Source of the DNA: Priapulus caudatus
Lineage: Eukaryota
DNA: 62,247 nucleotides
Assembly: GCF_000485595.1 (NCBI RefSeq)
Contig: NW_014577074.1
Location: 1,309,420-1,371,666 of the forward strand
Reading direction: 5' to 3'
Of the stretch, positions 52,000 through 62,247 are shown piece after piece. The stretch's first letter is position 1; the number at the start of each line of letters is the position of its first letter. The translations under genes and the position numbers were made by a program. Under the pieces are notes generated by a model. That model made no database searches. It was given only the letters and a program-made list of their open reading frames with translations, and was not told where the DNA came from.

Positions 52000-54790
52000 A
52001 AAAGGCATGTCGTGTCGGGGTCACATGTCAACTCGACCGGCCGACAAACCCGCCCAGTGTGGCGAGTTCACTCGTCTGGAGGTGGGGCAGCTCATCTCGT
52101 AGGTCGAAATTACCTTCCTGGAGATCGGCCAGCTCGACTCGCTGGCTAACACGTTTATGGATGGATGGGTGGATAGCTAGATAGAAAGTCTGACAGACAG
52201 ATAGATAGATAGCTAGATGGATAGATAGATAAATATATAGATAGATGTAAACATCAGTGTTTCCCCTGGCCAAAAACGTCAGCGAGGCGGTAAAATTATT
52301 TTTGGTGTTTGCGCAGTTCGAGAAGCGAGCAATGCGAGCACCAAAGGAAAATTTTTAAAAAAGGTGCAATTTGGTTCTAAGCTATTCTGAACACATTATA
52401 TGAGACTCTTGGATCACTTTTTCAAGTTGCCAAAAGGAACAAACAAGCTTCTGGGAAAGGTTTTACTTTCGTTTTTCTCCTCCCCAGTACTCGGTTTTCT
52501 CCTCCCCTACCCCCATACATAGATCAATGCTGCCGCATATCCGCAAAGTTACAAGTGCCCAGAATCTTGAAGTATTTACAGTTTACATTGCTTCTAGACG
52601 TGATGCGGCCATGATGCCAAGGCGCGCCGAGGTACGCCGCACCTCTTTGTTAATTTCAAAGGTGGGGACCCATTGAGGTACGGAATCGCCGATCTCAAGA
52701 ACTAGGGCATTTTGCTAGGCTAGAACGGTTTCCTACGATAGAGTTTGGCACAAAAACGAAAATAACACGTTGTTTAGCGCACTGCGGTACGTACCTTCTG
52801 TTGCATTTTCGCATCTTCGTAATCAGAATAAGGCCCGCCTTCTTCGTTGATGGGCATGAATGGGGCGTCACCGACGTGACCGTTTCCTTTCCCCAGCCTG
52901 TTTACTTTTCGTAAATAATGAAATGCCCGGCCGATGCATTTCGCATCGAACAGGAATATTTTCTGCATTTTCACTCGCTGTCGGAAGTGAACGAGTGTGT
53001 CATTTATTGAACAATTCAATAAAACACACACAATGTTCGGCGCTAATGTTTACATGCCACAGCGCCATCTCTTGGATGTTTTATAAGTAAATATGGGGAT
53101 TTTCAAATCACCCCACTCACATCGCCGTTTTTATATACATGTATTTACCACAATTTACGTATAGAAACTATATGTTATTTTTACTGATTTCTCCGTATCT
53201 TTCCTTGGAGTTTTCATCGTCTTTCAATGGCTTTTCGTAGGGTTTTCTGCGGTGATTATTATTTTGCGCAGGCACCTCATTTTGAAAATCTTCCAACATT
53301 TTTACCTTCTTCCTTAGTTAAGTTAGTCCATCTTTCACTGTTATTTAGGAAGGAAAGGTAAAACTGTGGCATTCGTATAATTTCACTCTGCTTCTATAGT
53401 ATGATTTCCATAATTTCTCTTTCTGCCAATGATAATATTTCCCTCATCATGAACCTAATTTTTCAGTTCGGACTCTTATCATATCGATTTGTTATAACCT
53501 CCTATATCATTAATTAAATCCCTAGGTATGAATATTTGGTGCATTTTTTTGATTACTTGGTTGCCTATTAATATCTCCTTCTCTAATCCTTTCTTTGTTT
53601 GTGAATTTTATAACCATTGTATTTGTTTTGTTCATATTAAAGTCTAATCTTTTGATTCAGCTAATCTGGAGAATGACTGAGCGATTTTTGTTACTGTTTT
53701 ATAATCTCGCATTCCTACAATATCGTCAATATATAATCATTGCCATCTTCTAAAACTACAGACCATCTGCTGACCGCTGTGGAGACGTGCAGCGGCCTCG
53801 AATTTGGCCACGGTCTCCAATGCGGCGAGCGCTTCATACTTGAACATCCCCGCGTCGCGTGCGCATATCCGCGCGAACTGCGCGTCTCATCCGCGCGCAG
53901 CGCTTAGGATCAACAGCAAAGCTGTGCCACGCAATCTTGTATCATGTCTCTCTGGATATCTAACTGAATAAAAATAGTCTACTTTCTACGTAAAGAAAAG
54001 TGACGAATTCAGTTAAAACAGCTTTGATTACGTGCGTGTCAGGTGTCAGTGGTCGTGCCCTCACTACCCACGATAACCCCTGCGACATATGAACTTATTG
54101 TTATGCGCGCATAAAAACACTGGGCTACGGTACATGCCGCCGCAATCGATTTCTTAGACTGTCACGAGGTTTTGTTCGTGTGGCGAATCATGCGTTGAGG
54201 GTGTTCATGCCCTCGACTCTAGATGTTTTGGATACCCCGTCTACGTTCAGGAACGGAGCGTATTAGAATGCGCTCCCGTTTACAATTCTGTCTAAACTGC
54301 CGTTGCAATAACCGGAGTATTTCAGCGTAATATCAGGGGAAAAAGTGCCGGTCAGGAGGACGGGCAGTTTCGTAGAGATGGTGGCCGAAGGAAAAACTTG
54401 GTGGCCTCAGGCCTCCGGGTCGGCACTAATTTTGAACGCTGTCAATAAAGTGTAGTTTATTGATGGAAGAACCGTGATTTTCGTCAGCGAGGCGGTGTTT
54501 TTGGGTAAATTTCTATGTGGAGGCTGAGATTTCAATTAGCTCGTGTCAATGCAGGGGAAACACTGCACATAGAAACTTAAACAATTTGATCAATCTAGCT
54601 ATACACATTTCCAAACGGTCCATGGATGGATGGAGTCGAGCTGCCGCGATCTCCAGGAGGGTAATTTCGACCTATCCGAGATGAAGGCTGTCCGCACCTG
54701 CCAGACGAGTGAGCTCGCCATAAAGCTGGCCGAGTTGGTGCGTGGGTCGAGTTGACCGGTGCCCTTCTCGGATCTGACGTGCCTTTCAAA
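52000..54790. mobile_element. Composite DNA transposon relic in TTC13 intron 1 (long TIRs, nested element, LINE fragment)
   Basis: ~52000-52140 is inverted at ~54630-54790. Nested CAGTGTTTCCCCTG...CAGGGGAAACACTG element at 52255-54565. Minus-strand RT-like remnants (YIDDI, FNMNKT..M) at ~53200-53745. Confidence 0.7.
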
Positions 54791-56275
54791 CCGGAAACTA
54801 ATATGTGATATCTCATATGTCCTCCAATATGCCTTATTAATTGCCTAATGACATGCCTTAATTTTTAGCTGTGCATTTTGTAATAGTTATGTTCTTGTTT
54901 TTTTCAATATTGTCCTGTTGACTACATGAAAATAGAGTGCCTAAAATGGCATAGGTTTGTAAATTTTATAAAATATGTGTTAGGAGTGGATAAAAATCCT
55001 TTAGCCCTTGGGCCCTTCCTCATCCATATGAACTTCATAAGGAGAACCATGAGTAGGTTTTATCTTTTAGTGTTTTGCCTATTTAGCAGGTCTGAATTAT
55101 CATTTTCAAGTAGTAGTGTATTGAAATCAATGCAAATCTTTAATTTGAATGATTTCTGTAAATGCTGATTTCAGTAAACTTGCTATTACTTTGTACTGGT
55201 GTTGGTCACTGTCATAAATGATTTGATTGTACATATTAAAAAAATATGGTATCATCCCAAGCAATATGTCTTTGTCAGTCTAGAACCGCTTTTTGAATCG
55301 CCAACCCCCAAAGCCATAAATATTCCAGTGACCTTTCCTCAAGCCTCATTGGTTACATATATAAATTATATACTAGTGTGATGACTTAACCATTTATTTT
55401 ACATACACTTTGCATTGTGGGAGATGTCAATGTGTGCTAGTAGAATACAAATTTCAAGATTGGCATCACATTGTTGTTATATGCTATGTGTATATATATA
55501 TACGTCTGCATGATACCATAGTATGAGTCCTAATAATAGAAAGGTAATGATAGTAAGTAAGGCTGATTTCATTTACTATGCCACAGGTTCAAATATATAT
55601 GAAGCTTATATGAGACCACCCACCTAATGAACAAAAACCGAATGGTTTATTCACTGGGAGAGTAATAGTGATATCCTCAAGCTCAATGAGTCAATCAATT
55701 ATCTATCAAACCCTGGGCGCAATTGCAAATGCTGCGTGAATTTCACTGGAATAATACCATTAACTCATTGTTGGCAGGTGCACATGCACTAAGCATTTGC
55801 AGCTCTACTTCTATGATAGATGGTCAATAATTAATAAAGATATAATTAGTATAATTATTTGTCAACTTTGCCCCAAGTGCTGTTGTGATTAACTGATAGA
55901 CAGATCAATGTTGATTGTTTGAATATCATTAACGATTGGTCAATTTGTCTGCATAAGACAGATTGGTAAGGTTTTTGTTTGAAATTGACTCCTCAATTAG
56001 TCAGATAGCCTGCCATTAGACATATAGATCATAGCTAATTTAGACATAAACATGTATACTAAGTGAGATGCTCATTGTCATCTTGTGTTGAAACAAACGA
56101 ATTCTCAGTTAATTTTATATAATGTCAGTTTCTGGACTGATGGTAGCATGTGTCCAGGTATAAAGCCCATTATTATTATAATTTGTTGTGTGGTGTAAAA
56201 TTTAAAAGGTAAACTAGTTGAGTACCTATATAATATATGTAAATATTTTATTATAAACTCTGTTTGTACCTGTAG

Positions 56276-56361
56276 GCAATGTTGAGGAGAAACCGAATTC
56301 AGATTGCAGTCAAGCTTCAGATGATTTCATGCAAAACGAACAGTTGTCAACCCAAGTGCAG
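56276..56361 (+). CDS. TTC13: TTC13-like exon 2
   Basis: tgtag/gtaac borders, phase 1-0. (S)NVEEKPNSDCSQASDDFMQNEQLSTQVQ. Confidence 0.75.
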
Positions 56362-56487
56362 GTAACAGTATTCCTGTTAGACTTGCATCCATTTATTTTA
56401 ATTCCAATAATATAGAGTGGAACTTATATTTTATATAAACAACCTTCCAATTTTTCTTAAATTGATATTCATTATTGAATTTTGCAG

Positions 56488-56563
56488 GAGTATGCAGACA
56501 TTTTATGCTCAAAACAACAAATTCCTCTAGTGACAGGTGATGCAGAGATTGACAAGAAAATAG
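56488..56563 (+). CDS. TTC13: TTC13-like exon 3
   Basis: tttgcag/gtatgt. EYADILCSKQQIPLVTGDAEIDKKI. Confidence 0.82.
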
Positions 56564-57091
56564 GTATGTATTAGTTACTACTGTGATGCATATTACTCTA
56601 ACATATGCCTGTAATTTACATTTGACAGCAAAATGATTGCAGAGCAAATTACTGGTGGTATTGACTTACAAATGACTTATTGGTCAGAGCAAAACATGAA
56701 CACTCATATGCAATTATATAAATGAGTCTACATAGCATACGTTGGTGTCTAATTTAAACATTCTTATGCAATTAAGGACATGCATGTGATGATATTATGC
56801 TTGGTTATTATTTTATTATTGGAGCAGAAGACAGGCATGTGAATGTGTAGTGCTGGTAGAACCATGTTATAGGTTCGAAATGATTTATAGAATAATATTA
56901 TAAAAACAGCTATAAAATCTCTGAAGGGTCAAGAAGCAAGATCAGTATGCAATACGTAGTAAAGTAAATGTAAATGACTTACACTTAATAAACCAGAGGT
57001 AACCCTATGCATATTGTAATTGAAGTTAAATTTTAATTTATATTTTCCTCGCAGTACAATGTTTATGCTATGTTGATGTGTCTCGTTTCAG

Positions 57092-57162
57092 CCTATGCAA
57101 CTGCTTTACTCAATTTGAAGTTTGTTGATGAAGCCATTAAGAATTTCACATCTATTCTAAAG
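57092..57162 (+). CDS. TTC13: TTC13-like exon 4
   Basis: tttcag/gtaaga. AYATALLNLKFVDEAIKNFTSILK (TPR). Confidence 0.88.
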
Positions 57163-57259
57163 GTAAGAAATCTTTCATGGGCATGGCATAGGTAAACTAC
57201 TGGAACACTGTATTAAACAATCTTTGGGAAAATTGTATTGCACAGAATCGCTGTTGTAG

Positions 57260-57421
57260 GTACACCCAAATACAGCAAGTGCACACCATGGGCGTGGCAT
57301 CTCGTTTGCTAGGAAATCTTTAAATCAGGACCGAGAGGCAGCAGTACATGCTATCAATGACTTTACAAGAGCCATTGACCTTGAGCCAAAAGCTGTAGAT
57401 AGCTATGAGAGGAGGGCAGAG
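57260..57421 (+). CDS. TTC13: TTC13-like exon 5
   Basis: VHPNTASAHHGRGISFARK...AIDLEPKAVDSYERRAE, then gtaaga donor. Confidence 0.9.
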
Positions 57422-57588
57422 GTAAGACCTTTGAATATTTGTTAAAATTTCCGTCATAATCTTCCTTCATCAGGTTTTACTTTGTGTTGCAAGAATTAGT
57501 GTTTGGAAATTTTTCCAGCTGAATTTTTATTCCTGATCGTCTCTAGCCACATCTGTCGGCTACATATTATTTTACTCATCTTCGAAAG

Positions 57589-57714
57589 GTTCTGTCCATG
57601 ATGGCGCAACATTATGAAGCAGTCGCAGATCTAGACACAGCCATACGCTTGAAGCCTGATGATAAACTTGCGAAGCTGTTCTTCCAACGAGGTCTTGAAC
57701 ATCTGTTCACTGAG
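57589..57714 (+). CDS. TTC13: TTC13-like exon 6
   Basis: VLSMMAQHYEAVADLDTAIRLKP...FFQRGLEHLFTE. aag acceptor, gtaaac donor. Confidence 0.87.
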
Positions 57715-57835
57715 GTAAACGATGAGGAATGGTGGTGAATTGGTTAGGGTTAGGGTTAGGGTTAGTAATATTAATATTAATATTGTAATTGTATCTGTAT
57801 GTGTGTGCTACACATATATTTACTTGTCGTTACAG

Positions 57836-57946
57836 AACTTCACTGAGTCAGAATTGGATTTTCGGAGGTCACTAGCGGAAGAGGGAGAGCAGGCATATGT
57901 ACTTTACTACCTAGGCGTTGTCCTGCAGAAACGAGGGGCATTTCGT
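57836..57946 (+). CDS. TTC13: TTC13-like exon 7
   Basis: NFTESELDFRRSLAEEGEQAYVLYYLGVVLQKRGAFR, phase 0-0. Confidence 0.87.
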
Positions 57947-58372
57947 GTACGATGTCACCCTATACTATTATGTTGTGGAACATTAGCACGCATACTAGCC
58001 TAAAAATCAGAACAGAGGCATTGTGTTACGATTCTGAATGTATGATCGATTAACCATGCAGTGATGGGATGATAGTTGACTGCATACTAAATACTTTAGC
58101 AGCCACTTCAAGGTTTAGCAGAATACATTATATATCTGCCATGATGATATGATTTACATGAGTTTTAATATGGAAATCAGTTAATTGGATGCTCACTACG
58201 TGCACCACTGTGTTGAATACACTGATTATAGTTAAATGCGTACAAACGTTGTCATTGCAAACAACTATTGCTTACTATAGAAATTTCAGTATTAATAACA
58301 ATGTTCGTGTTATAAACATTGTCTTTGTATCTAAGGCTATCACTGATTCTTGTTGTCTCTTATCCTCTGTAG

Positions 58373-58455
58373 AATGCCACACGTGTCTTTGACGAAGCTC
58401 TTCAGTTGAATCCCAGCCACCTGGAGGTGCTTCTCGCACAAGGAAACTCATACAG
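58373..58455 (+). CDS. TTC13: TTC13-like exon 8
   Basis: NATRVFDEALQLNPSHLEVLLAQGNSY(R), phase 0-2. Confidence 0.87.
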
Positions 58456-58886
58456 GTTACTATTTGCAATATTGGCGTAGGTCGCGTAGGTAGCGTTCTA
58501 GATGTAAAACTGAGAAGCGAAAGGTGTGATCCCCACTTGTGAATTATGATATATGTTGTTCTCACTAAAGCATATTGGCTTGTTTGCCTCAGTTCATCAA
58601 CACTAAAGAATGGTGATAGTGTTGTAAAGTGGGGGAGTTAATATGCAATGACATGCCTATGATGGCTGGCTGCCTCTACCTCAGACCTCTGTCTATGGCA
58701 GGTGAAACAGGGTTACTAGGTAACATCAGCCATAGGACCTACAAAGATAGAAATACTGTTAAAATTTAAAAGAAATTGCTTAGAATATGCCTTGTTTACT
58801 CGAACAAATCACATTTAATAACACTTGCAGCAGAAATGAAGCTGTTTTAATGGTAGAGTTCAATAACCAATAATTTTATTTCGTAG

Positions 58887-59028
58887 GGAGTTGGGAGATG
58901 TAAAGCGGTCACTCAAGGCATTTGACCAAGCCTACAGCCTACACCCTGACCGCTGGCCAACAGTGTTCTACCGTGGCCAAACACACTATAGCAGTGGTCA
59001 GTTACAATTAGCCTTACAGGACTTCAAT
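58887..59028 (+). CDS. TTC13: TTC13-like exon 9
   Basis: ELGDVKRSLKAFDQAYSLHP...GQLQLALQDFN, then gtaagt donor. Confidence 0.9.
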
Positions 59029-59384
59029 GTAAGTTGTGTGCAATACACGAACTACAATGCCTAGTTCACAACATTGAAAATGTGTAGTGTATGTTAGTCT
59101 GCATACTTCCTCTGAAGTAGATGATCTCACAGACATCACGTTTTTTTGCAAGTGCAATCCATGTTGGGTAGTTCCTTACTCTAGAAACGACCTTGTAATT
59201 CCTAGATGAGGTCATAAGATATTTGATCATTTTTGGTCCATTGGATTTAATGATAGAAGCCAAAATCCACATGAGCATACAACACACCAATCTGTTACAA
59301 ACACACCTGCTATTTCCTTGTTGTCTATATGTGTATTGTTTGTCGAATGCATAGTTGTGAGTGTTTGTTGTTCATTTGTCACAG

Positions 59385-59559
59385 CGCTGCGTGGAACTGG
59401 ACTCGCAGAACATTAAGTGCGTCTACATGAAGGGCATCACACACAGCATGCTTGGACAATTCTACGAGAGTGTCAAGGCAGAATCCAACCTCATTGTGCA
59501 TTCCCAGTACACCACTGGCAGGCTGAGCCCTGAGTTCCTTAAAGCACACTACTTAAAAG
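59385..59559 (+). CDS. TTC13: TTC13-like exon 10
   Basis: RCVELDSQNIKCVYMKGITHSMLGQFYESVKA...SPEFLKAHYLK (cf. TTC13 YMKGLSHVAMGQFYEGIKA...SPEYLKVKYL). Confidence 0.93.
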
Positions 59560-59642
59560 GTAAGGACAGGCTCGGCATGTTGTATCTCAACCGCATTTCC
59601 TCTGTCAGCACTCGAAAATTGTGTGGTTGGCTCCTCAATAGC

Positions 59643-59907
59643 GCTCATAGGGTCCATGTCCGCCAGGGTACTGCCGGAACATACTCTGGGTACGGTCCGG
59701 TATACCGGAACGTACCCTGGTAACTATCTGATATGGTTAGGGTTAGGGTTAGGGTTAGGGAGTAAGCGTAGGCGACCCCTAGACTCGTTAGTGGAGTAGG
59801 CGAGGTACGGTCCGTCATATTGGATAGTACCAGGGTACTTTCCGGTATACCGGACCGTACCCAGGGTACGTTCCTGCAGTACCCTGGGGGACATAGACCC
59901 TCTCAGC
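59643..59907. mobile_element. TTAGGG-containing palindromic MITE, family B (9-bp TSD, Mutator-like)
   Basis: Long imperfect IR arms, central GGTTAG repeats, TSD CTCAATAGC (59634-59642, 59908-59916). Confidence 0.85.
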
Positions 59908-59999
59908 CTCAATAGCAATTGGGTAAAATCAATTATATTGACTCTGCATAAGTCACCACATTGTGGCCGTGATTACGTAAATAGCATACGTGTTTACAG

Positions 60000-60118
60000 A
60001 GACGTTTCGTTACTACCATCGTTTGTTGGATGAGCCACTGACAACTGTCAACCCAGACCGAGATTTCAGTGGGGAATTTCGGGAGAAGTGGTCGAAAACC
60101 TTGCCATTTCAATTCGAG
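60000..60118 (+). CDS. TTC13: TTC13-like exon 11
   Basis: ETFRYYHRLLDEPLTTVNPDRDFSGEFREKWSKTLPFQFE, phase 1-0. Confidence 0.9.
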
Positions 60119-60309
60119 GTGAGAACAATGTGCATAACACGATATTATTTGTTGTCATAGTTGTTTGGAAAAGTTATAAGCTAATTTGAAATGAACAGAC
60201 TGAAGTATAGAGAGCACTATATCTGCACTGCAGCTGCTGTTAATGATAAATGTAGGTCAGTTATGAAAAATGAAGAACAGATTACACTTTAAACTATTTT
60301 TTATTTCAG

Positions 60310-60350
60310 GGTGCATATGCTGAACAGAAAGGAATTCAGCCCCATATCTT
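60310..60350 (+). CDS. TTC13: TTC13-like exon 12 (41 nt)
   Basis: tttcag/gtaagt. GAYAEQKGIQPHI (cf. YEEQPGLQPHI). Confidence 0.88.
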
Positions 60351-60550
60351 GTAAGTATAAGGTTTTTCATTAATACGACTGATTAGTAAATAGTTAAATG
60401 CAGTGCAGTAACCTGGGGAATAATTGTTTGCTATGCTACTGATTGCTGTGATTATCATTACGAAAATAATGCGTTCTAGAAAAAATACATTCATATTAAA
60501 ATTGCGTTATGTGAATCACGTTGTCCAATTGACTTCTATTATATAGTTAG

Positions 60551-60787
60551 GCTCATAGGATTTATGTCCCCCAGGGTACTGCCGGAACGTACCCTGGGTC
60601 CTAACCCTGGTAACTATCTGATATGGTTAGGGTTAGGGAGTAGGTGTAAGCGACTCCCTAGACTCGTTAGTGGAGTAGGCGAGGTACGGTTCGGCATATG
60701 AGATAGTACCAGGGTACGTTCCGGTATACCGGACCGTACCCAGGGTACGTTCCGGCAGTACCCTGGGGGGACATAGACCCCCTCAGC
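60551..60787. mobile_element. TTAGGG-containing palindromic MITE, family B
   Basis: Same family as 59643-59907. TSD TATAGTTAG (60542-60550, 60788-60796). Confidence 0.85.
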
Positions 60788-61207
60788 TATAGTTAGGGAT
60801 GCGGTCCCACGAAAACTTTTTTCGGCCAACACGGTTAGGTAATTCTCCAACATCAAGTAATGCAGGTACAATTATCCATGCAGGAAAACAATGGCGAACA
60901 TATATATATATTGCCTATTTCATATGTAATGCAAGAAAGATGTTTCTAAATATGTACTTATATAATTAGTATCCTCTATCAAGAGTACACTGGATGTAGG
61001 GTACTGAATAATTGTGAATGCACAATTATGATAAGTTATCCACTGTATAAGTTTATCCATTTACAAATCTCTGGAAAATCATATAAGAGAGTTATACTTA
61101 CTTTATCTATTTTATGTTATGTAATTGTTGTGTGTGCGTCATCGTGTATGTATGCGTATCTGTAACATTTTTGCTGGTGTTATGATGCAGACATCTGTTG
61201 CTTGTAG

Positions 61208-61379
61208 AGACGTAGTGGTGCCAACATTCGAGCAGCTTACCACACCTGAGCAGACGCTTCTTTGTCGAGCGGCTCTCATTGGTCAGCTCGGTCAGGTGAC
61301 CGCTGATGGCTACATGCCACAGGAGAGGTTCAACATTGCCATGGGCCTGGCGGCCATTGACATCTCACAGAGTCTACAG
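61208..61379 (+). CDS. TTC13: TTC13-like exon 13 (followed by a GC-AG intron)
   Basis: DVVVPTFEQL...GYMPQERFNIAMGLAAIDISQSLQ. Donor CAG|GCGAGT. Confidence 0.88.
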
Positions 61380-61696
61380 GCGAGTTCTCCCAGTTTATTA
61401 GTTTGACCGCGTGCAAGATATCTGTGTGTAGGTGAATGAGAGATACACTTATTACATGAGTTTAGATGTGCGGGAATCGGGAGCAATTGCCTGAGTGTTC
61501 TTTTTTCATAAGGGTGTATGGTTATATCTGAATTTTACAGATAATTTTTATTGTGGATTAGGATCTCTTTTGTATTATTGAAACACGTTGATGTTTGATT
61601 TGGTAAACCTATTACAATAATTACCAATAGTTTTTAGAAATATCATTGCTACTTATTACCAGTCATGTTTACTCTTGTTTCTAATTCACTATATAG

Positions 61697-61733
61697 GGTT
61701 TGTGGAGCAGTAAAAAAAGTTTAAAAATTGGAG
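61697..61733 (+). CDS. TTC13: TTC13-like exon 14 (37 nt)
   Basis: atatag/gtaagt. GLWSSKKSLKIG, phase 0-1. Confidence 0.8.
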
Positions 61734-61904
61734 GTAAGTGTTAAATATATAAGTTAGCTAACAAATGTCTTGTGAATGAGAATACATTTACAGTAAGGTA
61801 ACCAATATGATACTGCATTACAATGATTACATACAGTCGTATTCCCAAATAAAATACTATTATTATTATTGAGCTTGAGGTATAACTGTTTTTCCATGCT
61901 ACAG

Positions 61905-62049
61905 ATAAACGGGTGACATGGCGGGACATATTCAACATAGCTGTGAGCTATCGACGGTTAGCTCAGATGGAAGATCCCGTTTTCTGGTTGGATCAATTTC
62001 CAGAGAAGAGTTTCAACACTGGATTTAACTTCAATTTGGTTTTTATAAA
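61905..62049 (+). CDS. TTC13: TTC13-like exon 15 (gene continues beyond the window)
   Basis: DKRVTWRDIFNIAVSYRRLAQMEDPVFWLDQFPEKSFNTGFN (cf. WRDMFDIAVKWRRIADPDQPVLWLDQMP). Confidence 0.92.
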
Positions 62050-62096
62050 GTACGATTCCATATGGACGATCATTTATGTTAAGATCATTGCCATTA

Positions 62097-62247
62097 AATA
62101 TAGAATCCTTATGTCCAGTGTATAGGAATATAGAATCCTTATGTCCAGCGTATAGGAAAGCGGTGTGATAAGTAAGAAGGTAGCAGCGTGTCAGTAGAAA
62201 GGTAGCGTGTGGTCAGTAGAAGGTAGCGGTGTGGTCAGTAGAAGGTG
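62097..62247. repeat. Short tandem repeats (30-bp x2; ~22-bp AGAAGGTAGCGGTGTGGTCAGT-like)
   Basis: AATATAGAATCCTTATGTCCAG.GTATAGG occurs twice, followed by a degenerate ~22-mer repeat. Confidence 0.8.

Overview
This is eukaryotic (invertebrate animal) genomic DNA from a draft, apparently long-read gap-filled assembly. It is not a prokaryotic region. Three spliced protein-coding genes can be reconstructed by hand. (1) The 3' part of a Nova/pasilla KH-domain splicing regulator on + (exons 12327-12481, 16532-16717, 26640-27701; its 5' exons are not visible). (2) A complete 412-aa mitochondrial creatine kinase on - (7 coding exons, 46738->40784, all introns phase 0). (3) The 5' portion of a TTC13-like TPR protein on + (15 exons from 51394, running off the window, with one GC-AG intron). 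The interval ~18667-26430 is an indel-riddled inverted plus direct duplicate of ~26431-34966 with reciprocal breakpoints and a 25-N gap. It is most likely an assembly artefact, but it reveals a ~34-unit 46-bp minisatellite carrying an AP-1 motif in each unit. The spacer between the divergent CK and TTC13 genes hides a three-exon, decayed THAP-domain reading frame inside inverted repeats, which the ORF track misses. A dense cluster of tiny palindromic MITEs with 8-10 bp target-site duplications surrounds it. Other notable signals are a YCAY-rich cluster upstream of the skippable Nova KH2 exon, a nested fold-back element in a Nova intron, and a 9-bp-TSD MITE family carrying TTAGGG repeats. Most ORF-track entries are microsatellite noise. 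I found no convincing wholly new biological system. All coordinates and counts were made by eye.
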